Made by a program: the position numbers and the translations under genes. DNA of 64,000 nucleotides, from IMG/VR virus record IMGVR_UViG_3300027834_000005, positions 124,001 through 188,000 of that record. One strand, given 5' to 3'. The notes below the pieces were generated by a model. The model did no database searches. It was not told the origin of the DNA and worked only from the letters and a program-made list of their open reading frames with translations. This document shows, piece after piece, positions 13,401-19,887 of this stretch. Position 1 is the stretch's first letter, and each line of letters starts with the position of its first letter.

Positions 13401-13460
13401 TTTGTTCACATCAGTCTGTAAGTTACTAGGTAATTTATTAAATACGTCTTTCTTAGCCAT
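1461..13460 (-). CDS. Giant virion structural protein (3999 aa), probable baseplate wedge/fibre scaffold
   Basis: Uninterrupted 12 kb ORF directly downstream of gp6; acidic, beta-rich, with recurring V.V.G....Y......ITF..AP...D.I.I units and Trp/Asp motifs. Confidence 0.75.
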   Translation of the reverse strand: MAKKDVFNKLPSNLQTDVNKKFFDSTFEQVFSSVEKESINGYIGRREGGSYDPLKDFYVPEPSKERTWNQLEPIALSESTTGVGSNEVFLQDLLNYIENEGGNTGNHDRLFRSEQYSFAPPIDIDKYTNYSSYLWKTDFTGQEVVISDVDDSEIEANIIGNEGYTTTDGFVFTSDVIVRFEDSASYNDSYQVTGVGSEFGIELHLRYADDKSGNARPYLDTNPDYTTVDFGARNNNDWSANNFWFHKSTLSAMSAQNGLDLSINAQQARRPILSFDKDLELYGYGTEAHKDIEFATIDSPTTIDGKDGDIIITPDGDVTNVSFPLSEDDRIVFLGDSVPIERDTLEQYKARTTPYVFTVMQPFSEAKDNVFSVVRRSTTLPLVYFASVATGLGVNFTNTSFSDTLDVVNASPLTGDPYSVNNNVAATQTGALEYTVLATDVLSNANTNFSDERIFVYEVFDTNGIVSKDSYTAAVTISGSITIDFDVAPDTFVEVEFHVVLGKNDIINPDWYELSPNLNDVTYTVDVQDHIEEELAMVQQANPLEYQATMTDIEDPNYVKVYVDGVIIDESEFLWTSVALTKEFTVVFYASVVGVVTAKVKDGTDGLIDGNNMAEQNMDLVDIYVNANVVNHAVLTNGALTYNINTGIDNVTEDHIVSIKITDSNNENVQFNNTIVDSVSYSGETVTITLSALPDSLDDIMNLHVREVLVGSIGSAEYVWKASKRTTSNFVNIPNYGTQWLLLPYENDTDFAIHGDAVVVKNAGAPYDGKSFYFDSRKWEQELDSTDASSDNSRGTSINTPPKFQLYFSELGSDGLPITIGNDDEFPDNTFTGSEIFSYKIDETSGIVDPYLNMQLEYRNRNQNSEIVFEHDLETVRYSYSVNKTDVEIPGYYYFRQTTSSRVVEFDYTWARNDEKTKLRVIDRAVYVDGRYSVVQNQYINSIDELRIPLSVYPVQTGSAEYDILGFRNGNAIGQGREIDSGDVIEDIVWDFYFDNNTQEVVYYVKNNDLSDYDVFEYKTYSEETLDESSAGYYEVPAQLEDNPSNDEITDVTMSDLIPHFSSIISNQSGFIGTALGSRNNYRDTDKDVSLGDKIIQTSAPLLKAMISTSEDHLDILRAVEFSASEYTRYKDKIVATSRQMIREGWYPTASFQNVSLIEQQFDEVITRVSSSIEYNGAFVGGKVLPWGSSYVDEVFIVDSTEQHTIENANDVNSEDVLTLVYEVTDHNLPTETSVLLRLEEDYVYGENNVIIMLKGTTFGSTIRVRIYSNIESAKIPSTPAKCGMMQTHKPEIKVDNSYATPTWVIIGHDGAKTPCYTSEADILTHNNMGEDSLDLRDKMLLEMENRIYNNITQQFVDSYDKLINEYQFIEGNDRKVDYSLEEFNNIIIRDFLEWNHSTGANYQTNDTLDLADWKTWNYSAANPSFAGSWKGIYTYLYDTVSPNETPWEMLGFTSMPDWWVGEYGNEPYTSANDSMWRDIIDGVVLMGDRQGVYDEFKRPHMLGTSGLLILPVDSMGDLLAPHVIDVGIVEPTDLEKGYEWKFGDFGPTEYSWRVSSSFNFSLVNKIFLMSPNRFCEFWWDRSKVIQAPISPNQVVDYPELKRRNNSTLEVHQVEGTALCGYQRYVYDRIKFLGKNPKTEFQDIINGSTVKLAHRLAGYTNADTFKVLLEGSAFDSTNTNLVVPRENYEIKIHTGEVVEFHRYSGVMVRIAEDGYQVMGYDRRIPEFRYYGRSDTGRARQVNVGGKPATFRNFKNDGTYSGGSYVKYNGVFYQSKIDQVVSDFDSGSWTKLADLPTVGGDSISYVKEYDVNKEIIIEYNTTFPDKQSLFDFLIGYGDWLAVDGWNFDNVDSSTGKVQDWFESAESTIFWLTNSWAVGNTLQVSAGSEKLNLTVTDGYPADVREANKGAGNVLSVDGVPYNMDNAFVNREDQTISVANVNGNAGIYFLAVNSKETEHVIVFDNTTEFNDRLYDPLLGIRVERLEVRGQRTSNWFGKYEADGYIIDGDTIKPNFDNLVEESRYYYDATKTLDNQNIEDAAKHLIGFEHRDYLSRLRMFDDIQYQLYKGMLPEKGTYRPLDAIARADSVSANGDVNVYEMWALKMGELGDVLNSRSLELKIRGDDVVANPQMVNLVYPSMPSNTGEIRRVYLVDCNHVYVNVPVVRFWDGTYDSSVDSTSAFRLFDDTEATITLDDNGRISEIVVTSQSGVYSEAPELVLYDIPSNDAYFTSSEAEAGNGFTAFDKVDINHEATTDVGNTIISNFITEDNNGSDAIVIDIDDSDKWLSVNRLNGNDKLLPTINELPKDSTTKNAGYVHLDDAEITSFLLSNVGTAIETYSDDVKDKTVWIAELEGTSDRFDWSTYNLLETDISNNSLGGRLTADGKYYDYTPANATKIGEILNVQDVDGNVLVNGIDVTPDPYDPDYFDVWPADSLSVKRPNNVVELNAGTASTAIYYTSKNATDNGFNNSRMRITVDLSQLPASDFLPSGDYEGWVEQPYIQLEIWQSIGGVSKSSVSEKFKLVGENQKIVFEADIAPDAAHTNFSIITPKDDPTQLTVFTVNAFDVDKVDVIGINPDGSVVSEKVEYDIDLSKTENLFFVESRFESIDEWNNRPDGVNYVKRWIDKDSEVSNTWSFKNLVNGVSRQGGALIDSSLMGNLSVYEGSSDRTLSKSPVYDPIKGFIPTLADRNITYINDSDPSRYSVAGSNSMTNDSLSFSKDNVGQLWWDTSTAKYVHYEQGDENYRVTNWGRLFPESSVDVYEWVESPTVPADYDQDGTPKNVDEYVIRDAYDFKTETYVEKYYFWVKDRTVRPSNIASRSLSSMSTANLIINPRVQGYAWYSFISQESFVFNNINDTLSEDENIFQINYRNSKTENSKHVEWKLIAEGKPDEIVPDQLWEKLIDSLSKYDVDGNIVPSPLLSDYNMLGVSDVPRQTMIKDVFSARKVMAQSLNSLLVNIRIRDVDSWLAGDMIIDNPYWSWTDWYAVGYSKDNTEPKLVVNYDQVGGRIVPPPPSIDAEQAKILEDGDIVQVYVLDNSAYYLYDQESNTATVLVRRESTAIMINDNIYESRISKELDDDVRYILDLLSEEVFINLSVGNHGDEKVEFFFSMVKYVAFEQTNVDWFFKTTYIDVVEENKPLLSQPKFYDADDLDGYLDYLLEVKPYQTKIREFSTRYDNFIDPSLMVANDFDSLAYTTDEEGRTIPVVDPVFDPFEVPRSIRVNPVYDSVQCSFMDKRMQVETGGQEKFAAAETTTIRFGITPFYFDVFVNNVEIDAGDYTYVSSETGLLDITFNSPLSEGDYVFVREYAIGDGVTKKFIFKTMPQLSKLSYDTTYTGNLGDEMMDTDTLLIDQHYTVEENATYSHWVEATIVDDVVAPPVGAKLIPEGHIRFTHTDMEEMRLSYHGYRGQLSDIDGNDNVLDFKLVEYDIFLDAHGNLKSGWGFGFWGSYDWGDEALALIPPILQPEQAGWNAGTTQPWDSFKWNFSATAEGSKGVPNDIRKGRFIVYSGAANRYLQLQDDNSLATINGKASTGDGSGAIKYSYYTELKDNVKVTLGEQQTLDSFKNTYSEWFNCSYQGSVIDAQDFTYRNTARWDSTSWDSTGWNSDIRMPFITVDSGDYYNTTFYPNGATSEFIIDRLVKIESVILNGDAADENVYVISQNVAEGTTLVTFSSVLSVNDSLEVVYEKYFRALVDQGDASTVIYSIPYRSQVTGVTVAGVPMYVSSGYSDTLNVSTTDVTFVTAPAIDDEIVIQHKRLHDVSVTANGVDTDFTVHNSDYVGEVTVDGVIVTNYTVAESGRDVVISFSVAPLLDEIVKISFTKRDDVFSNDISKQTIDGGAFLPSNVDAGVTDEMALYKSSDAVVISYTDKSSGVSSDDCRIFVSEKNIQTLHSLTSRTTLSSIFAYGDSNVNVTDGSLFVDATVDNPSIIWVGAERVIYTGKVGNTLTGVTRMSAGTTLDVEGSVNGNLLEDYPLGTYVYSNSEVPFLPVAVTPTPPHN

Positions 13461-13465
13461 TGCTA

Positions 13466-16400
13466 TTATAGCCTCATATTAGTTTCTGTTAATGTATCTA
13501 CGATAATAATATCATTTACTTGCGCCGTAGATATAAACAGTTCATTTGATTCCGCTTTCACTTGGAAAAGGTTACCAAATTGTGATTCTTTAGATTCCGG
13601 TACTAACACTACAGAACCAACGATACCAGCCATATTAGTATGGATATATGCCGCTAGTTCAGTAAAGTAAAATGTCTCACCGAAATCCCAGTTAGTTATC
13701 ATGAAGAATTCGTCTACCAATTCGACAATTCTAGATTTAATTTCGTTATTCGTTAATGCTGTTGATGGTACTTTAACAACTTTAAATTTAGCTCTTAATT
13801 CAGGCTTGGCCTGTTGTCCAAAAATAACTTTAAACTCTGACGGTCCAAAAACAATCTCATCACTCATCATTTTAAAATCATCCAAGTCACTAAAGTTAGC
13901 TCTTAGCTCTTCAGTTGTTGGAGGAGTAGGAAACTCTTTAAGAGTTTTACCATCAATTTTCCATTGCTGAACGTCATCATTATACGTCTGGGTTAGTACT
14001 ATCATGTCCATAATATTACTAACGCTAGGATCTATTCGATTATTAGACGGAGAAAAATGTCTCCATTTATAATCAAAACTTTCCTGAGTTGCAGACCCAC
14101 TATCTAAAGTAAATGATCTTCCATTTGCCACTTCATGTGACGTATCATTTGTGTAAATATACACTGTTCTATTCGCAGAGCTTAAGTAATCAAATGATTC
14201 TTCTCTAGCTGTATCGTATGTGAAGGGTGGCAGACCATCGTCTTCTCTCTTCGCAATACGTCTACTAGCTTCAGTTCTCATAGACTCAAGTACTGCGGTA
14301 TTAACAGTTATAGTGACCATGGGAATAAAATTACCAGTTGAGTCCGTTAAAATAGAACCCGTATCTGGATCTCTAGCTTCCCTAAATACTTCACTCTCAT
14401 ATCCTGTTTGTAAAACTTCAGTGTTTGTGTTGCCAAGTAACAAGTAAGTCATCGTGGCAGACTCCATAGTCTTCTGTAGTTCACTATAGTAAATATCTTT
14501 AGTAAGGAATAACCCAGAATCAATAATGTCAGTGTATGTGATACTGTCGTAAACAGTTCCGTTATCCAAGACCGGAATTTCACTTCTCACATCTTTCCAT
14601 ACCGTAGTCCACAATCTAGTATAGTCATCACCATTGGCGTCTAAAACTGTTTCGTGGAAAACCAAATCATTTTCACCGACTACATTTTTAAACAAAAAAG
14701 GATCGTCTGGAATACCGTCGTTATTAATATCAGCGGGTATAACTTCAATCTTTGCAGTGTTTAGATATCCGCTTGCTTCAAAATATGGCTTGAATGTATT
14801 AAGTACATAATCTTTTTCTAGTTTAGCCGCATTACTCGTGGAGGTTAATTCAATAACAGACCCCGCCACGATAGATCCATAAGTGGAACTATTGGTGATA
14901 TCGAATGAGGAGAAACTAGCCAAATATAATACTCCGTTAAGGATATTACCAGACACATCATATATTCCATCACCAGGTATTGTTAGCGTGGCAATAACGT
15001 TCGACTCACTAGCCGATCTTGACCCAAGAAGAATAAATTCATCTGGATATGTCAAGTTTGACCCTTCGGTCATTCTCCATCTTCTAGCGCCGGTATTATC
15101 ATCGATAAGAACCCACTTCTCGTTCGTGTCGATGTCGTTATTAGATCCACTAATAACCACTTCATCTATACTTGACACTAACTGATCAGAACTAAAATTC
15201 TTTTGATTTTCTGAATCAAAGTAAAACCTAACATCACTTTCCGATTCAAAAACGTATCTTGTACCTCTAGTACTAATGTCGTATCTAAGATTCGTGATAT
15301 TATTCACTTCGTAAATGGCTCTTAATACCCATCTAGTTATTTCAGAACCGTTAGAGATACTAAAATCTTGCGTAGAATTTGGCGTTACTTTCCAACCAAG
15401 CGTATTACTTCCGTCGATGGTAGTGTCCACTACGTACTCAAGACCGAAATTTCTTGTCGCACTAACTTCCGCATTAATTCTTCTTCTCTCATCTTCAGTA
15501 AACGTTGTTCTGAACGGAGGTAATATTTCTTCAATGCCCCAACCATTAGGAACATTAGCATTAACGAATAATTGCTTACCATCTAGATCTGAATCACCAG
15601 TGCCGGTGCTTATTCCCGAAACTGTCGCGGTTATATAATCTTTAGATCCACTGAATTCAGCGAATTTAATTACAGAACCTTCTTCTAGGTATTTGTCAAA
15701 ACCGTAGTCTCGGTTATCGAACCTAGGAGAGATATATCTGTTGCTTCCATCAGACATTTTCAAGAAACCTACATTATCTGATTGCGCACCAGTAACAGTA
15801 GTCCAAGAAACATCAACGTCAACTAGGAACACATTATCTTTTACATACCCTGCAGCGTCATTCCATAATCCAGACATGTAGTTTTTAAAGTCAGTGATGT
15901 ACTCATCATAAAAGAAATTAGAAAGTTCTCTGCCTCTAACTAACGTTTCCACGCCAGTGGTAGTAATGTAGTTGGCGGTATCAACAGCTGGGTCATACCC
16001 TATCTCCGTACTTGGAATTTGATCGTCTTTATACAGAGATCCGTCAGACGCGCTAATTAATAGGCTCTGATGAAAACCAGTGGGATCATTCAAAGAAATA
16101 TATCTACTATGCCCAGAGTGAGTACGGTTTATAGTTCTCATTTTCACGATCTCATTACCTCTAGATAATGGGAACACATTATAATCTTTATTGTTTACCA
16201 TCCTATCTTGAGTGTAGTAAACTTGAGGCGCTCTAACTTTCACGTCATCATTAGTTTCAGAAGGCGCAGAATTATTATTAGTTTCTTCCAAACCGAAAAC
16301 CAAACGAAGGTAATATGTTTGGGAATTAGTTCCGATATACGGGATTGTTATTTCTAAATCAGTAGCTTCGTCAGGTCTAACAACAAGCTTTCTATTAGCA

Positions 16401-17494
16401 GAAGATCTACCCCATACACGCATAATCCCAGTTGGAACTTCACCGAAATTACCATCAGGATACTGTATAGAGATACTGTCGTCAGCGCCAGACACAACAG
16501 AGTATATCGTTCTCTCATTACCGTCGATTGAATTATATACCACATTCTCATTACCACGAGAGTACTGAACCTTAGTCCATTTGTCCACGATATTACCATC
16601 ATCATCTATCTCCTGTACGTATACGTCAGTTTCATTAACATTGGTAGCTGATATAGCCTCAACTCTACTTTCTTCTGGGAACTGATATGCGAAGTCATAA
16701 TTTATTAACTCGCCTTGTCTGAAGTGCACGAAGAAACCAGTATTAGGAGACGCAAAACCTTGACCGTCATTACGATATGCCATATGGAACCCTTCACTTG
16801 GGTCTGGATGTCTCTCCGTAAAAGTACCACCATCTTCGAAATCTACATTGGCGATATTGAAAGCCATCTGCTCGCCATTAACTACTACTTGGATTGGATA
16901 AGCAACTTGAAGATTCTTTACGTTCTCTAACTTGTATAAGTCGGTATTAATACCGCCAACAGTGCCTCGCTTAACCGGCTTACCGAAAGGCGAAGATGCT
17001 GTGAATGCAGAGTTAAGAATGTTAGTGAATTGGTCGTAACTATCCATGTTATTAGGATCATTCCAGAACACCGTAGTGTTAGCTAGGTTCTTACCTAGAC
17101 TATCAGTCACTGACTCAGTAGTCTCAACTGCCGACAATTTGAACATGCCATTAGACGCCAAGTTTCTACTTGGTTGATAGTTCAGCATCTGTGCTAATCT
17201 AACTACTGATTCTCTACGGTCAGCGGTGTCCATTAAGTTTTCTCTGGTATTCAAGTCAGACCTGAATGCCAAAGACGTGCCTAAGTAGGATAGTAATTCG
17301 ATGATTGCTATGAATTCTGAACTCTCAATGTAATCATTGAAGTCTTCAGGATAGTTTCTGTTGACGTATTCTACCATACTGGCTTTCAGGGAATCGAAAT
17401 CGTACGCTCTGAAATCTACGTCTTTGAAGCTACGGTATATATTCTGGTAGTCTTCAGCGGAAAATAAGTTTGATTGTCTTGGACTTTGTGCCAT
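13466..17494 (-). CDS. gp6: Baseplate wedge subunit gp6-like, enlarged (1342 aa)
   Basis: N-terminal DFRAYDFDSLKASM...FNDYIESSEFIAIIELLSYLG...ENLMDTADRRESVVRLAQMLNYQP and the later QDRMV...DY motif; follows gp25. Confidence 0.85.
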   Translation of the reverse strand: MAQSPRQSNLFSAEDYQNIYRSFKDVDFRAYDFDSLKASMVEYVNRNYPEDFNDYIESSEFIAIIELLSYLGTSLAFRSDLNTRENLMDTADRRESVVRLAQMLNYQPSRNLASNGMFKLSAVETTESVTDSLGKNLANTTVFWNDPNNMDSYDQFTNILNSAFTASSPFGKPVKRGTVGGINTDLYKLENVKNLQVAYPIQVVVNGEQMAFNIANVDFEDGGTFTERHPDPSEGFHMAYRNDGQGFASPNTGFFVHFRQGELINYDFAYQFPEESRVEAISATNVNETDVYVQEIDDDGNIVDKWTKVQYSRGNENVVYNSIDGNERTIYSVVSGADDSISIQYPDGNFGEVPTGIMRVWGRSSANRKLVVRPDEATDLEITIPYIGTNSQTYYLRLVFGLEETNNNSAPSETNDDVKVRAPQVYYTQDRMVNNKDYNVFPLSRGNEIVKMRTINRTHSGHSRYISLNDPTGFHQSLLISASDGSLYKDDQIPSTEIGYDPAVDTANYITTTGVETLVRGRELSNFFYDEYITDFKNYMSGLWNDAAGYVKDNVFLVDVDVSWTTVTGAQSDNVGFLKMSDGSNRYISPRFDNRDYGFDKYLEEGSVIKFAEFSGSKDYITATVSGISTGTGDSDLDGKQLFVNANVPNGWGIEEILPPFRTTFTEDERRRINAEVSATRNFGLEYVVDTTIDGSNTLGWKVTPNSTQDFSISNGSEITRWVLRAIYEVNNITNLRYDISTRGTRYVFESESDVRFYFDSENQKNFSSDQLVSSIDEVVISGSNNDIDTNEKWVLIDDNTGARRWRMTEGSNLTYPDEFILLGSRSASESNVIATLTIPGDGIYDVSGNILNGVLYLASFSSFDITNSSTYGSIVAGSVIELTSTSNAAKLEKDYVLNTFKPYFEASGYLNTAKIEVIPADINNDGIPDDPFLFKNVVGENDLVFHETVLDANGDDYTRLWTTVWKDVRSEIPVLDNGTVYDSITYTDIIDSGLFLTKDIYYSELQKTMESATMTYLLLGNTNTEVLQTGYESEVFREARDPDTGSILTDSTGNFIPMVTITVNTAVLESMRTEASRRIAKREDDGLPPFTYDTAREESFDYLSSANRTVYIYTNDTSHEVANGRSFTLDSGSATQESFDYKWRHFSPSNNRIDPSVSNIMDMIVLTQTYNDDVQQWKIDGKTLKEFPTPPTTEELRANFSDLDDFKMMSDEIVFGPSEFKVIFGQQAKPELRAKFKVVKVPSTALTNNEIKSRIVELVDEFFMITNWDFGETFYFTELAAYIHTNMAGIVGSVVLVPESKESQFGNLFQVKAESNELFISTAQVNDIIIVDTLTETNMRL

Positions 17495-17871
17495 TAGTTA
17501 GTCTCTCTCAGTTCTCTCATGAAATCAATGTATAAGTGTTCGGCTGTGCTTTTGCCGGTATACATAACTTCGACTTCAACTCTTACAGTGGAGTCATATT
17601 CTGTTATTTTTGGTGGACCTTGCATTTGTACTCTAGGGTCGCTGGCTAATATACGACGTACATCTTCTCTAATAAGATCAATGCTCGTAGCATCCAGTGG
17701 GTCCATGATTAATTCATGGATTATAGAACCAAATTCTGGCATCATCACTCTCTCACCCCTACGGGTATTAAAGTGATTCAAGAGATCAATCTTCACTAAT
17801 TCTATATCAGTGGTTGTGTATGGGGGCTTCTTATTGATAACAGTAGAAAAGCCCTTGTATATGGTCGCCAT
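17494..17871 (-). CDS. gp25: Baseplate wedge subunit gp25-like
   Basis: DLLNHFNTRRGERVMMPEFGSIIHELIMDP...DPRV is the gp25/GPW signature. The track start at 17877 is TTG; ATG 17871 has AAGGA 9 nt upstream. Confidence 0.92.
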   Translation of the reverse strand: MATIYKGFSTVINKKPPYTTTDIELVKIDLLNHFNTRRGERVMMPEFGSIIHELIMDPLDATSIDLIREDVRRILASDPRVQMQGPPKITEYDSTVRVEVEVMYTGKSTAEHLYIDFMRELRETN

Positions 17872-17892
17872 AGCCAAGAATCCTTTTACTCT

Positions 17893-17900
17893 TATTTATC
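17893..17900 (-). promoter_or_regulatory. Late promoter GATAAATA for gp25-gp6-giant protein
   Basis: TATTTATC on + strand just upstream of the gp25 RBS. Confidence 0.75.
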
Positions 17901-17934
17901 ACTAAAAATTATATACGGACACAATTTATTCTGT

Positions 17935-17963
17935 TTGACAAGGGCACCATTTAATGTTATACT
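17935..17963 (+). promoter_or_regulatory. Sigma70-like early promoter with extended -10
   Basis: TTGACA-17 nt-TATACT with TG at the extended -10 position. Confidence 0.8.
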
Positions 17964-17994
17964 TCCCCCTCAATCAATAAAACCGGAGACTAAC

Positions 17995-18237
17995 ATGTCC
18001 GTATCTAAAGTATTAAGAAATTTCTCTAAAGTGACAGACAATATTAACCGCTTTAATTCCAAATTCAAAACCAAACGATTCCATGCGATGACGCATCACC
18101 ATCACGGTAAGACCGTCGAAGTAGGAGTTTATGACTCCAAAATGAAGACGTACGCAGTTACTGATGTAAGAGCGTACAATGCAGTTGAACTGGTAGATGA
18201 AATGAAAGGTATGTTGGCTAGAGCCAGTAAGGGCTAA
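17995..18237 (+). CDS. Small basic hypothetical protein (80 aa)
   Basis: The track start at 17935 is the TTG of the -35 box; real start is probably ATG 17995 with GGAG upstream (MSVSKVLRNF...HHHH...). Confidence 0.7.
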   Translation: MSVSKVLRNFSKVTDNINRFNSKFKTKRFHAMTHHHHGKTVEVGVYDSKMKTYAVTDVRAYNAVELVDEMKGMLARASKG

Positions 18238-18239
18238 TC

Positions 18240-18458
18240 ATGACAAATGAAGACGCGTTGAAGAAATCAATACATGATCTAGAATCACAACTACGTGATG
18301 CAAGAATAAGAATAAAAGATCTGAATTCAGAGTGCGGTGTTCTTCAGAGATTGGTAATAGACATTACCAATCTCTATCCCTCGATGGAATCCGACTCAGA
18401 TGTTGAGAGGATTAGTAATATTATTTCAGGGTGTGCTCAGGACAAGGCTCAAAAGTAG
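18240..18458 (+). CDS. Small coiled-coil hypothetical protein (72 aa)
   Basis: Starts 2 nt after the previous stop; heptad pattern LKKSIHDLESQLRDARIRIKDLNSE; its 3' end overlaps the gp5 3' end by 38 nt. Confidence 0.6.
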   Translation: MTNEDALKKSIHDLESQLRDARIRIKDLNSECGVLQRLVIDITNLYPSMESDSDVERISNIISGCAQDKAQK

Positions 18459-19887
18459 GCATTCTTCCTACTATAGTAGTCAAACTCTGAGTATTTCTGT
18501 CAAATTTATATTCCTGATCCTCAAAAGACTTCAAATTATCATCCTTGGCACCAGTTGCCCTAGCTGTAAAAACACTAGGACTCGCCGAGGATGCATTTGT
18601 GGAAGCACCACTATTCAAATCTATGGACACGCCGTCTATCGCTACAGACCCACCAGCTTTAAGATTAGCAGCAGAACCAGATTCCATATTCAATCCAGCA
18701 CCAGACTTCACATTCACATCACTACCTGCTTCCAGATTCATCCCACTATCCACTTTAACATCCATCGCCCCTGTAGACAAAGAAAACGAAGCCGACCCAA
18801 TATTAATATCAGTCTCGATGCCCAATTCCAAAGAATCTAAAGCCTCGATATATATCTTACCGCCACTACCTGACGCTATACCTCCTACGCCCTCACCAGC
18901 GGCACCTTGATAATCTTTAGTAGCTTTGATAGCGATATCCCTACCAGCCTCAATATTAACATCTCTGTCTGCTCTGAAGTTGATATCACGCAATGCTCTA
19001 ATGGATAAGTCATTGGCCATAAAGAAGTCACCGTTACCATCTTCATCTATCTGTATCCAACCCGTACCATCACGATTTATGAAATACAACATGCCATTAG
19101 TTTCATCAACGCGTATCTGTGCACCACTTCTGGTCTTAATACTGATATGTTCGTTACCTTCACCGTCATCCATAATCAATGAATGCCCACCTTTTCTACC
19201 TTTCTTATTGGGTGAATCTGGATTTATAGGACCTGGAGTTCGCATCCCGTACACTTCTGGCGGAGACCCTCTTCTAGATGTGGACGTTGATTGTCCGCGA
19301 ATGGAATCTCTAATTAATCCTTGGGCCGCAATGCCTCGCATTCTAACTTTATCAATAGGCCTAGACGGTTTAGTACTTGCAGAACTCGTCGTATGCTTGT
19401 TATATTCACTAGTAGGCATAGGTATACTTTTATACTTTGACGGCAGATTACCTGCGTTGTACGTACTGTCAGTAGGCACTTCAGGGACAGAGCTGTTCAT
19501 ATTCTGCTGAAAAACACATCCTAACCAGAAACCTCTAGAAGGATCACCATTCAAAAAACACACTAATACTTGATTATCCAAGTCTGGCGGCACCATCCAC
19601 ATACCGTAGCTAGTCTGTGTCTGATCGGAATCGCCCAAATCTTTACCTATTTCATTTACCGGAGTGGCTCCTGCAAAGGGGGAACTATAGCTTACTATTC
19701 TCCAGCCATTTTCGTCGTCCTCGTCAGATCCAAATTCAGGAACCCATACCTTCAGTCTTCCCATGCCCTGAACATCACTATTATCTTTAATGATGCCCAT
19801 GTAAATGCCCATATTCACACCGGCCTTACCGACTGGCATGTTATTCTCTACATTACTTAACCCGTCACTTCTGGATAAACTACCCAT
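18421..19887 (-). CDS. gp5: Baseplate central spike gp5/VgrG-like (OB fold plus beta-helix, no recognisable lysozyme domain)
   Basis: GIIKDNSDVQGMGRLKVWVP...SYGMWMVPPDLDNQVLVCFLNGDPSRGFWLG OB-fold motif, then GHSLIMDD and repeated beta-strand units ending AIDGVSIDLNSG. Confidence 0.85.
   Translation of the reverse strand: MGSLSRSDGLSNVENNMPVGKAGVNMGIYMGIIKDNSDVQGMGRLKVWVPEFGSDEDDENGWRIVSYSSPFAGATPVNEIGKDLGDSDQTQTSYGMWMVPPDLDNQVLVCFLNGDPSRGFWLGCVFQQNMNSSVPEVPTDSTYNAGNLPSKYKSIPMPTSEYNKHTTSSASTKPSRPIDKVRMRGIAAQGLIRDSIRGQSTSTSRRGSPPEVYGMRTPGPINPDSPNKKGRKGGHSLIMDDGEGNEHISIKTRSGAQIRVDETNGMLYFINRDGTGWIQIDEDGNGDFFMANDLSIRALRDINFRADRDVNIEAGRDIAIKATKDYQGAAGEGVGGIASGSGGKIYIEALDSLELGIETDINIGSASFSLSTGAMDVKVDSGMNLEAGSDVNVKSGAGLNMESGSAANLKAGGSVAIDGVSIDLNSGASTNASSASPSVFTARATGAKDDNLKSFEDQEYKFDRNTQSLTTIVGRMPTFEPCPEHTLK

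Noticed and set aside
1461-13460. ORF length of exactly 12,000 nt suggesting an artefact
   Set aside because: It has a proper ATG 5 nt after the gp6 stop and a TAA next to the following promoter, so the round number is coincidence.
775-16930. Numerous 60-150 aa ORFs antisense to or nested in the baseplate genes (for example 2842..3237, 12328..12789, 15315..15638)
   Set aside because: Shadow frames of long genes; Ser/Leu/Val-rich antisense composition, no RBS or promoter.
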